A stretch of DNA of 37,276 nt from Oceanicoccus sp. (GTDB taxonomy: Bacteria; Patescibacteriota; Gracilibacteria; UBA1369; 2-02-FULL-48-14). The translations under genes and the position numbers were made by a program. Below, one piece after another: positions 8,506-15,879 of the stretch. How positions within the stretch are numbered: the first letter of the stretch is position 1; each line of letters begins with the position of its first letter. The stretch is taken from the NCBI GenBank assembly GCA_047635955.1, contig JBLIGW010000002.1:1-37276 (forward strand). The letters are read 5' to 3'. A model generated the notes under the pieces. The model was given only the letters and a program-made list of their open reading frames with translations. It made no database searches and was not told the origin of the DNA.

Positions 8506-8895
8506 TGAAAAAGAAATTCTGAGCACTCAGTCTCCTTAGCACCATTATTTTATTTGGATGTACTCCGGTAGAAACAGGTGAGAAGCCAATCCAAGACAAG
8601 GGAGAAGTATCTGAAGACAGTATAAGCATCTCCAATCCTGAGGAAAATTCCACTGTAAGCTCTACATTCAGCATTCAGGGTGAAGCTCCAGGCAATTGGC
8701 TATTTGAAAACAATATGCTTATTGAACTTCAAGACTTAGATGGAATCACTCTAAGTAGTGCTATAGCAAGTTCAAGTGAAAGTTGGATGAGTACCGATTT
8801 AATACCATTTGAAGCTACTATGAGCTACAGCATCTCTGAAGAGAGTGATGCAATATCAACCTATATATGCAATTTCTCCAAGAGCACTGTTTAAG
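8506..8895 (+). pseudogene. lipoprotein with Gmad2-like Ig-fold domain, interrupted by in-frame TGA at codon 6
   Basis: atg aaa aag aaa ttc TGA gca ctc... reads MKKKF*ALSLLSTIILFGCTPVE. This is a canonical lipobox (LFGC) signal peptide broken at 8521-8523. The downstream part ISISNPEENSTVSSTFSIQGEAPGNWLFENNMLIELQDLDG...WMSTDLIPFEATMSY resembles Gmad2. Confidence 0.5.
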
Positions 8896-9194
8896 ACTTC
8901 TGATCCTTTAAGTTTCTCCCCATTAAGTATGAGTACTACCAAGGGTAAAAGGCCCAAGACTTTCTTATAGCTAAACATAAGATCCCCCAACTCAGGAATA
9001 CGTATTTGGACCCCCTGCCCGAGTCGATCTTTGTCATAATCTAAATGAACTACATCTCTAACAAGAACAATCCCTTCTGGTCCTTTCTGTACAAGTCTAA
9101 GTGCGAGTCCATTTTTCTTAATTGAACCCTTTCTTGGCCAGCCTGCCTCAAGAAAATAATTATTCTTCTTTGGATCAAATCGTAATAGGGCCAC
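8856..9194 (-). CDS. hypothetical protein (112 aa), GTG start; possibly a gene remnant
   Basis: ORF-track entry. Only a GTG start is available, with a stop 5 codons upstream. Overlaps the 3' end of 8506-8895 by 40 nt. No family recognised. Confidence 0.3.
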   Translation of the reverse strand: MALLRFDPKKNNYFLEAGWPRKGSIKKNGLALRLVQKGPEGIVLVRDVVHLDYDKDRLGQGVQIRIPELGDLMFSYKKVLGLLPLVVLILNGEKLKGSEVLNSALGEIAYIG

Positions 9195-9295
9195 AAAAAT
9201 TGGGTAACATTAACTTCACTCTAAAAGAAAACGTCGCTCATAGCAAACAGCATGATTCATAAAATTCGCACTACCCAACGGCTTAGACCATCAGC

Positions 9296-9358
9296 TTAGC
9301 TCATCAGACACGTGAAAAGCCCCTCTCGCTAGAGTGCAAACGAAGAGATGGCAAATAT
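9296..9358. repeat. 63-bp direct repeat, copy R1
   Basis: TTAGCTCATCAGACACGTGAAAAGCCCCTCTCGCTAGAGTGCAAACGAAGAGATGGCAAATAT is identical (63/63) to 10992-11054. Confidence 0.95.
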
Positions 9359-9363
9359 TCGAA

Positions 9364-9927
9364 CTATAAGGAAAATGGTCCATACCACTGCTCCTTATAC
9401 TCACCACAAGTATCTGCTTCACAGACCTCTCCTTCAAAATAAAGATAAGATGCATTGCCTGACTCTGCCACTTCATCAACATAAATTGAGTAACCTTCAG
9501 GTAAATCTGCACTTTCAATTTCTCTCCAATCTGATGAACTCATTACTTCTGGAGCTTCATCCAGTTCCTTAAGGCCAGCTTCAGCTAAAATCAAGAATGT
9601 CAGATAATCATAATCTGAATCTGCAAACGCAAGGGTCTGTTCTACAACATCATCAATCCTTCCAAGGAAGTAATTCTCAATCGATTCATCTACTGATGCG
9701 TCAAAACGATCTAAAATAACCGCAAGTTCCGCACGATTCACATTGTTTGAAGGACCAAAACTACCATCGGAATAACCTAAGATAATACCTTCTTCATACA
9801 TGTTCATCACAGACTCTTCGTACCAATCATCAAAAACGTCTTGATCAGTAAAAACATGAGTCGCAGCAAGGGCTGTTGTCCCTAAAGAAAGGATGACTCC
9901 TACAACAAAATATAGAATTTTTTTCAT
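9364..9927 (-). CDS. secreted SLH-domain protein (187 aa)
   Basis: Signal peptide MKKILYFVVGVILSLGTTALA. SLH segment FTDQDVFDDWYEESVMNMYEEGIILGYSDGSFGPSNNVNRAELAVILDRF. Confidence 0.7.
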   Translation of the reverse strand: MKKILYFVVGVILSLGTTALAATHVFTDQDVFDDWYEESVMNMYEEGIILGYSDGSFGPSNNVNRAELAVILDRFDASVDESIENYFLGRIDDVVEQTLAFADSDYDYLTFLILAEAGLKELDEAPEVMSSSDWREIESADLPEGYSIYVDEVAESGNASYLYFEGEVCEADTCGEYKEQWYGPFSL

Positions 9928-9944
9928 TTTTTCAGTTAGATTAC

Positions 9945-10106
9945 CTAATAGAGATACACTATGCCTACTCTCTGCACAATACGATCCGCAGCTTGAGCTA
10001 ACTCGAGAGCACGAGCATATTCGTCTCCATCAATTAGTTCTAGGTCATGAATAAACTCATTTGTGGCCTCAATTGTTAGTTCTGGTAGTGGCTTAATAAT
10101 ACTCAT
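9945..10106 (-). CDS. small hypothetical protein (53 aa)
   Basis: Internal ATG (MSIIKPLPEL...) of track ORF 9945-10136. Ends 17 nt upstream of the SLH gene start. Confidence 0.35.
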   Translation of the reverse strand: MSIIKPLPELTIEATNEFIHDLELIDGDEYARALELAQAADRIVQRVGIVYLY

Positions 10107-10232
10107 ATTTTTTGGGAAAGAACGTATTAATAACATTTTCTCTCCAATACGTCAAGATACTCAAGGAATCGAACTAGCTTTACAGGTTAGACCACCCTCG
10201 CCACACAACAAAACTCTCACCTGATAACAGGT

Positions 10233-10265
10233 TAGTGGCAGAGCCTAGTACACAATGTTCGAACC
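10233..10265. repeat. dispersed intergenic motif, copy c (TAGTGGCAGAGCC-N7-CAATGTTCGAACC)
   Basis: Contains TGGCAGAGCC (10236-10245), identical to the tRNA-Trp 3' end at 11217-11226. Shares both blocks with 4883-4916 and 7850-7877. Confidence 0.5.
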
Positions 10266-10335
10266 TTTTAACTAGCTACTTCAAAAGTGATATTGACCAC
10301 AAAATAATCGGCCGATAGAATGAGGGAAATACAAT

Positions 10336-10977
10336 ATGCCTACTTTGAACTCTGAACTCATTATCTTTGCACTTGCTGCACTGATCATGGTTTTAAGTCC
10401 AGGGCCAAACATGATTTACCTTGTATCCCGAACGATCTGCCACGGTCAATCAGCGGGTCTTTTCTCTCTGCTAGGTGTTATTGCCGGTTTCATTTTTCAC
10501 ATTATATTAGTGGCCTTCGGCCTAAGTGCAATACTCTTTGCAGTCCCCTTTACCTACTTCATCATCAAATGGACAGGCGCCCTCTATTTGCTCTATCTCG
10601 CTTGGAATTCATTCAAAGCACCCAATGCTAAGCTGTTTGAAAACAAATCACTAAAGTCCGAGTCTCGACTCACCTTATTTAAAATGGGCTTAATTACAAA
10701 CATTTTAAATCCAAAAGTGGCGCTCTTTTATATGTCACTACTTCCACAATTTATAGACCCAGAACTTGGATACATTCTTGGACAAAGTCTAACCCTTGGC
10801 TTGATTCAACTGAGCATCAGCGCAACGGTAAACTTTTGTATTGTGTTTGGGGCTGCAAAATGTGCAAATTTTTTAAAAAACTCTCCTCGTTGGATCAAAT
10901 TCCAACAACGATTCATGGGCAGTGTCCTAAGTTATTTAGCAGTTAAACTAGCCATAAGTGAAAATCCAGTAACCTGA
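10336..10977 (+). CDS. LysE/RhtB family amino-acid exporter
   Basis: 213 aa, about six transmembrane helices. The N-terminal LSPGPNMIYL motif is characteristic of LysE-family translocators. Confidence 0.85.
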   Translation: MPTLNSELIIFALAALIMVLSPGPNMIYLVSRTICHGQSAGLFSLLGVIAGFIFHIILVAFGLSAILFAVPFTYFIIKWTGALYLLYLAWNSFKAPNAKLFENKSLKSESRLTLFKMGLITNILNPKVALFYMSLLPQFIDPELGYILGQSLTLGLIQLSISATVNFCIVFGAAKCANFLKNSPRWIKFQQRFMGSVLSYLAVKLAISENPVT

Positions 10978-10991
10978 ACAATCTTTACAGT

Positions 10992-11054
10992 TTAGCTCAT
11001 CAGACACGTGAAAAGCCCCTCTCGCTAGAGTGCAAACGAAGAGATGGCAAATAT
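10992..11054. repeat. 63-bp direct repeat, copy R2
   Basis: Identical to 9296-9358. Starts 15 nt after the LysE stop and ends 162 nt from the tRNA-Trp 3' end. Confidence 0.95.
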
Positions 11055-11178
11055 ACAATGTGAGGAAGAAGAACTGAGCATGCGTAGTCTTTTTTCAGTG
11101 GCTTTGCCAGCTGACAAAAAAAGACGAGCCCTAGCGAAGCTCTGATGACGAACAACGATATAGGGAAAAGAGAGCCTA

Positions 11179-11208
11179 CGAGAGTAAAACCGCTAGGTTT
11201 TGCTTTCG
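11179..11208. terminator. 13-bp-stem hairpin abutting the tRNA 3' end; candidate terminator/insulator
   Basis: CGAGAGTAAAACC-GCTA-GGTTTTGCTTTCG. There are two G:U pairs on the plus-strand RNA and two A:C mismatches on the minus strand. On the minus strand it follows the tRNA by 8 nt and precedes UCUCUUUUCC. Confidence 0.35.
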
Positions 11209-11216
11209 TAAGTATT

Positions 11217-11290
11217 TGGCAGAGCCAGTAGGAATTGAACCCACACTAAGGGTTTTGGAGACCCTTGTACTACCATTATACGATGGCTCT
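11217..11290 (-). tRNA. tRNA-Trp (anticodon CCA), CCA end encoded
   Basis: Sense strand is AGAGCCA-TC-GTAT-AATGGTA-GTAC-A-AGGGT-CTCCAAA-ACCCT-TAGT-GTGGG-TTCAATT-CCTAC-TGGCTCT-G-CCA. This gives a 7-bp acceptor stem, 4-bp D stem, 5-bp anticodon stem with loop CU-CCA-AA, and a T arm with TTCAATT loop. Confidence 0.9.
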
Positions 11291-11301
11291 ACAACGCTGG
11301 C

Positions 11302-11330
11302 ATTGTAGCCAAAGCCGCTTGTTTCTGCAA
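11302..11330 (-). promoter_or_regulatory. candidate promoter of tRNA-Trp
   Basis: Minus strand reads TTGCAG-17 nt-TACAAT. The -10 ends 11 nt upstream of tRNA position 1. Confidence 0.4.
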
Positions 11331-11344
11331 GATCACTATAACCA

Positions 11345-12163
11345 TCAGCTCCACCGACTCACACTAGGTGCTCGTTTAGGTATCGGCTTATTTTTGTATT
11401 TCAAATAATACTTGATAGCGTCACGAACATGGATACGAACCACCTTCTTTTTAAAGAAATCCTTGATTCCTCCACCAGAAAGCCGTGACTCATTGTGAAG
11501 CGCCTGAGTGGAACCCACAAAATGGACACCGAAGCCCGCGTCCCAGGCTGTTCGGCAAATATCTATGTCAGACATAAACAAGAAGTATCTCTCGTCCTTA
11601 GGGCCAATAGAATCCCAACACTTTCGTGTGAAAACCTGCATGGCTCCCGTCAACCAATCGACTGCTTCTGAAACCTCAGTATCTTTCTCCCACATAAGAT
11701 AACGACGCATGTGTCGTTTAAAGAAAGTTTTTAATTTAGTTCTCTTAATAATCAGATCAGTCCATCGTGGGAAAACACGGAAATTGTCTTGCACGTCTCC
11801 ATTCTCATAAACCAAACGAGGCGCCACAATCCCAACATGCCGGTGTTCATCTAGATAGCCAAGCAGTTTTTTGAACGTATTTTTCTCAATAACCACATCC
11901 GTGAGTATGCAAAGGTGCTTCCCTTTTGCCATTTCCATTCCAAAATTATTACCCTGTGGGTATCCCTTATTTGGAATCTCAAAGTATCGCAAATCAAACT
12001 TAGGATTTGGATCAAAAGGAATTTCAGAATTACAATTTTTTCGTCCATTATTGATTACAAAAACTTCCACTTTTTCTGGAAGCCAAGATTTATTCAACGC
12101 GGTTAGCGCGGCTGTTGTTGCCTTGGGATTACCGTGATGCAAAATAATTATCGAAAGATCCAT
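11345..12163 (-). CDS. family 2 glycosyltransferase
   Basis: 272 aa. N-terminal LSIIILHHGNPKATTAALTAL plus downstream acidic motifs are typical of GT-A/GT2. Its start overlaps the stop of the upstream GT2 gene (TAATG). Confidence 0.8.
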   Translation of the reverse strand: MDLSIIILHHGNPKATTAALTALNKSWLPEKVEVFVINNGRKNCNSEIPFDPNPKFDLRYFEIPNKGYPQGNNFGMEMAKGKHLCILTDVVIEKNTFKKLLGYLDEHRHVGIVAPRLVYENGDVQDNFRVFPRWTDLIIKRTKLKTFFKRHMRRYLMWEKDTEVSEAVDWLTGAMQVFTRKCWDSIGPKDERYFLFMSDIDICRTAWDAGFGVHFVGSTQALHNESRLSGGGIKDFFKKKVVRIHVRDAIKYYLKYKNKPIPKRAPSVSRWS

Positions 12164-13155
12164 TAACGAAGAAGGTTACGAATAGTTTGTGCTGACACCC
12201 TTCTATCACTACGCTGAGCAGGCACGAAAAGCAATGTTTTCAGACCTGATAGAAAGACTTTTGGATGACGAAAGAGCATGAATATGGCTTTGAGCTTTTC
12301 ATAAATTAATGTTCGTAAAATCACGCCTAGTCCGAGGGTAAAAGTGAAATTATTTTTCAGCATCAGTAAATGATTCTGATACGAGTGCATACGACCATAA
12401 GCAGGTTTACTGACGTCTGCTCTCGCAAGCGCCGCCGTGCTTTGCCCTTCTCGGTTAGCAACCGTTCTCGCATGCCAACCCCAGACTTCTGGAAAAACTT
12501 TAATTTTCTTACCCAACCACCGAAACCGATAAGCCAAATCTACATCTTCTTTATACATCCACATTCTATCGTCATAAATTTGCCAATTATTTCCATGCAA
12601 ATCCCAAACCGCACTGGTTCTTAACAGGTAGGCCGCTCCACTAATTCCAAATACAGAATCTAATTTTTTATCATACTGCCCTTCGTCACGCTCCCCACTT
12701 CCCAACTCATGAAAGTGATGTCGCTTTTCACCAATAATTCCAAGCGTATCAATGAGCTGCGTTTTGCGTTTTTCTTCAAAGTCCCAAAAGTGCATCTTCC
12801 CCGCACACATGACTAGATCTTTGTCCTTATGCATTCGCTTTACGTAGCTTTTAACCGTCGGTTCATGCAAAAGCACATCACTGGTGTAAACCAAGAAAAA
12901 CTCATGCCCTGGCTTAAGTCTGAGCATTTCATTGTAAGCATTTCCATAACCAATATTCCCCTCTTCATGCCGAACATAATCAAAGTCAGGAAATTCTTTT
13001 TCAAGAAATTTTTGAACCTCATCATTATGAGCCGTATCCAAAACAATCACATCCGCCGGCAAGTTCTGACGCAAAGATTCCACCACCGGCAGGCTTTCCT
13101 TTAGGTAATGGAGATCGTTGTAACTGAGAACGCCAATAAGGACTTTGTGAGTCAT
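12163..13155 (-). CDS. family 2 glycosyltransferase (rhamnosyltransferase-like)
   Basis: 330 aa. VLIGVLSYNDLHYLKESLPVV...VIVLDTAHNDE plus a DVDLAYR motif, typical of GT2. Confidence 0.8.
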   Translation of the reverse strand: MTHKVLIGVLSYNDLHYLKESLPVVESLRQNLPADVIVLDTAHNDEVQKFLEKEFPDFDYVRHEEGNIGYGNAYNEMLRLKPGHEFFLVYTSDVLLHEPTVKSYVKRMHKDKDLVMCAGKMHFWDFEEKRKTQLIDTLGIIGEKRHHFHELGSGERDEGQYDKKLDSVFGISGAAYLLRTSAVWDLHGNNWQIYDDRMWMYKEDVDLAYRFRWLGKKIKVFPEVWGWHARTVANREGQSTAALARADVSKPAYGRMHSYQNHLLMLKNNFTFTLGLGVILRTLIYEKLKAIFMLFRHPKVFLSGLKTLLFVPAQRSDRRVSAQTIRNLLR

Positions 13156-13181
13156 ATATTTTTTATTTGTGCCTCCCCCTT

Positions 13182-13287
13182 GGTTTTGAAACTTCTCTGA
13201 GACTCGCTAACTACTAAGGAAGCGAGTTGGTAAGGCTCATGAGCCGACCCCGAGTGCTCCTGGGAGTCGAAGAGAAATTTCAAAACC
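13182..13287 (-). promoter_or_regulatory. structured intergenic RNA element (17-bp closing helix enclosing three hairpins), function unknown
   Basis: 13182-13198 GGTTTTGAAACTTCTCT pairs with 13271-13287 AGAGAAATTTCAAAACC. The one odd pair is G:U on the minus-strand RNA and C:A on the plus strand. Inner minus-strand stems: CGACUCC/GGGGUCG, GGCUC/GAGCC, ACUCGCU/AGCGAGU. Confidence 0.5.
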
Positions 13288-14948
13288 TAATCTATCATTA
13301 GGTATCCAGCAAAGTGACTTTCATAAGCCTCCGTTTTACTTGCAGCGATCAATCCTTTGAATCCACTGAGTAACTCTTCAATACCTGCAATTTCTTCACT
13401 ATTAGCAAGCCCCAACTGTTCACGAAGCGACGTGATGCTTTCTAAAAATTCGGATACTCCTTGAGGGGCAAGCAAAGCCAGACCTTGATCAACGTCACCC
13501 AATTCATCTTTTAGAGAAAGGTAGAGCTCACTGTCTGCAATCATTTCTGTTCCTTCTTCTCCCCACACACTTGCCGTGCTAATAATCAATCGATCTTCCA
13601 CTACACCAAAGAGCAATTGAACCTCACTTGAGGTTACCGAAGCAGGCAAAGGACCAGTCCCTTCCCCTTGAGGAATTGCAGAAAGGTCGAGTTCAATAAG
13701 TTGAATCTTTTCCCCCATTAAATCAATACTGCTCCGTTGAATTACACCAGGAAGACTTTGATCAAAAACAATTTGAAGCCCACTGATTTGACCGTCTAAC
13801 TTAGTCAAAAATGCTTCTGCATTTTCAGAGTCACTACTCACATCAAACATAAATGTAAGACCTGGAATCACTCCATTACCATTTTGGTGAAGAGACATTA
13901 CAAATCCTTTATCCATAAAGCTTAGAATTTCTTCTTCGAAGTCCATTCCAAAGTAATTTTGAACCATCGCACTTAGTTCATCTAATCCTTCTACACTGTC
14001 ACCCAAAGCATTTGCTTGAGTGAAGGTTTGTTCAAGACCATAAGATTCAACGTAAGCCATCAAACCATCAGCAGGAACTTCACTAATCAAGTAAGGCTGT
14101 TCTTTTGGAACAATATCAAAAGATATGTCTGAATCCTTCGCTGCATCTTTATCTGCGAGCATATAAGCATCAAAACGAAGTCCATTTTCTTCTGCACGAA
14201 CCACAATCGACTGTTGAATAATCACATCAGGAATTTCACTCACTCCAAATCCAGCAGGAAGATTCAATTCTTCTCCCATCAAACTTGGGAAAAGCCCTCC
14301 AAAGAAAACGTAATCAGAATCAACCTTTTGCATAATGTCTTGGAAGATTTCATTTTCCCACAGGCTATCTTCTTCTTCCAGGTCCAACATTTCAACTAAA
14401 CCTTCAGGCCGATTCGCTACCAAAAGTAGATCGTCATGAATGGCAGCATAAAAGTCATTTTCCTCATTCACATAAGAGTCATTACTACTCAATTTTTTAT
14501 ACTCGATCACTTCTTGATCAACAAGCACATCAAAAACTGTTTTCATTTTGTCAGAATCAGCCAAAGTAACTACCGTAAAAGCATCAACATCTTCTGTCCC
14601 AGGTCGAGAACCAAAGACCACTCGGAATCGATCTCCTAATGCAGGAAGAATATCGTCTTCATAAGTGATTCCTTCTGTTTCATATTGAGCGTCTAATTGA
14701 GCCGCAAAAAGTTCTGCGAACTTCCCTTCTGATCCCAACTTTTCTTCAAGAATTTGAATGGCCTCATATTGACCATCATCTCGCAAAGAATACGAAGTGA
14801 ACAATCCCACTTCAGCAGGAATAAAAGCTTCAGGCATAAGCCCGCTATCACTGGCGTGTTGTCCCAAATCTGCCTTACCCCCACAACTACTTAAAAGCAG
14901 CGAACTAAGGATAAGAGCCGTTAAACTGAACTGTAATGATCGTTTCAT
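13287..14948 (-). CDS. large acidic lipoprotein (553 aa), possibly DUF3352-like
   Basis: Lipobox signal MKRSLQFSLTALILSSLLLSSCGG. Long intact ORF. Family assignment is from memory only. Confidence 0.65.
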   Translation of the reverse strand: MKRSLQFSLTALILSSLLLSSCGGKADLGQHASDSGLMPEAFIPAEVGLFTSYSLRDDGQYEAIQILEEKLGSEGKFAELFAAQLDAQYETEGITYEDDILPALGDRFRVVFGSRPGTEDVDAFTVVTLADSDKMKTVFDVLVDQEVIEYKKLSSNDSYVNEENDFYAAIHDDLLLVANRPEGLVEMLDLEEEDSLWENEIFQDIMQKVDSDYVFFGGLFPSLMGEELNLPAGFGVSEIPDVIIQQSIVVRAEENGLRFDAYMLADKDAAKDSDISFDIVPKEQPYLISEVPADGLMAYVESYGLEQTFTQANALGDSVEGLDELSAMVQNYFGMDFEEEILSFMDKGFVMSLHQNGNGVIPGLTFMFDVSSDSENAEAFLTKLDGQISGLQIVFDQSLPGVIQRSSIDLMGEKIQLIELDLSAIPQGEGTGPLPASVTSSEVQLLFGVVEDRLIISTASVWGEEGTEMIADSELYLSLKDELGDVDQGLALLAPQGVSEFLESITSLREQLGLANSEEIAGIEELLSGFKGLIAASKTEAYESHFAGYLMID

Positions 14949-14991
14949 GATTGAGCGTTAAATTTAGCTCTAGCCTATCATGATTTGTGAA

Positions 14992-15879
14992 TCAGTACAT
15001 CCCCTTAACACTCACATGTTCCACTTCATCCACGATTGGCTTTCGCCCTTCCCGGTGAGGCTGCAAAGACATAAAGTCCACCGCTTTCTCATTTTTATAA
15101 AGCAGTCCAATATGGAAAATATTATCTACATCTTCAACAATCCGACGCGCTGCCCAGATATCCGTAGGATCATAATCCTTCACGGTTTCAATTTTTTTCA
15201 TATTTTTTGCGTACCACTCGTCCGGCGTTTCTTTATTATAGGTTGGACACGATTGAAGCACTTCAATAAAGGCAAATCCATCGTGCTTCATCCCCTCTTG
15301 AATCGTTGCGGTCATGTGTTCAATATCTCCTGAGTAAGTCCGAGCCACAAAGCTAGGCTTCAAGCTCAAAACAAATTGCAAAGGGTTGATAGTCTGAGCC
15401 GTCACTCCTTCGGGAGCTGAATTCATTTTTGCTCCACGAGGCGTTGTTGCTGAAGGTTGCCCCGTTGTAAGTCCGTAATTTTCATTATTATGAAAAACGA
15501 AAACAAAAGGGAAATTGTTTCGGACCGAATGCACCAAATGATTCACCCCTTCACTAAAGGTTGCTCCATCACCCGCAAACGCGATCACTTTTTTATCAGG
15601 ATTCGCAATTTTTGCACCCGCTGCCAAACTCAGAACTCGCCCATGTAGACCATGAATAGTATAAGCGTTGATATTGTGAGACGCGTTCCCATTACAACCC
15701 ACGTCGTAACAAAGCACCGCATCTTTCACTCCGATTTCTTCAATCGCCAAAGCATGCATTACGGCGTTCAAAATTCCAAAATTTCCACACCCACTACACC
15801 ACGTAATCACATTGTCTGTTTCCAGCTCCGTGATCCGGTCTTTGTATTTCACCAAATTGTTTAGTAGAGGGAGACTCAT
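14992..15879 (-). CDS. korB: 2-oxoacid:ferredoxin oxidoreductase, beta (TPP-binding) subunit
   Basis: WCSGCGNFGIL and FAGDGATFSEG (TPP GDG motif). 295 aa. Start overlaps the alpha-subunit gene stop. Confidence 0.85.
   Translation of the reverse strand: MSLPLLNNLVKYKDRITELETDNVITWCSGCGNFGILNAVMHALAIEEIGVKDAVLCYDVGCNGNASHNINAYTIHGLHGRVLSLAAGAKIANPDKKVIAFAGDGATFSEGVNHLVHSVRNNFPFVFVFHNNENYGLTTGQPSATTPRGAKMNSAPEGVTAQTINPLQFVLSLKPSFVARTYSGDIEHMTATIQEGMKHDGFAFIEVLQSCPTYNKETPDEWYAKNMKKIETVKDYDPTDIWAARRIVEDVDNIFHIGLLYKNEKAVDFMSLQPHREGRKPIVDEVEHVSVKGMY

Noticed and set aside
8521-8523. In-frame TGA in a signal peptide as evidence for an alternative genetic code (code 25, TGA=Gly as in Gracilibacteria/SR1, or code 4, TGA=Trp)
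   Set aside because: TGA clearly terminates genes in ATGA start/stop overlaps at 102-105, 22055-22058 and 34668-34671. Dozens of long ORFs are intact under the standard code with no in-frame TGA. The tRNA-Trp here has anticodon CCA. This is an isolated event and is reported as a pseudogene/recoding finding instead.
9296-9358. Hammerhead-ribozyme or C/D-box-like core (CUGAUGAG on the minus strand of the 63-bp repeat; a second TGATGA at about 11137-11142)
   Set aside because: No stem II followed by GAAA, no stem III or cleavage triplet can be drawn in either copy or its flanks. The two flanks differ immediately outside the repeat. The heptamer match is most simply chance.
4883-10265. The TGGCAG.GCC...ATGTTCGAAC motifs as pseudo-tRNA 3' halves or as sigma54 (TGGCAC-N5-TTGC) promoters
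   Set aside because: Counting back from the CCA end, the TTCGAA block falls where the T-stem should be, not the T-loop, and no T-arm or acceptor pairing exists. The GC element required 5 nt after TGGCA. is absent in all three copies, and one copy lies between convergent gene ends.
11087-11125. Long A/T-tract hairpin (GTCTTTTTTCAGTGGC-TTT-GCCAGCTGACAAAAAAAGAC) as a bidirectional terminator between lysE and the tRNA
   Set aside because: On either strand the U-tract lies in the 5' arm of the stem rather than 3' of it, and the stem has two bulges, so it does not fit the intrinsic-terminator model. Left unannotated as a hairpin of unknown role.
13182-13287. The structured spacer as a miniature inverted-repeat transposable element
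   Set aside because: Not fully excluded, but no target-site duplication flanks the 17-bp arms (left flank ...CCCCCTT, right flank TAATCT...). No second copy of the arms occurs in the window outside a chance 10-mer in rimK. The single mismatch is compensated only at the RNA level on the transcribed strand.
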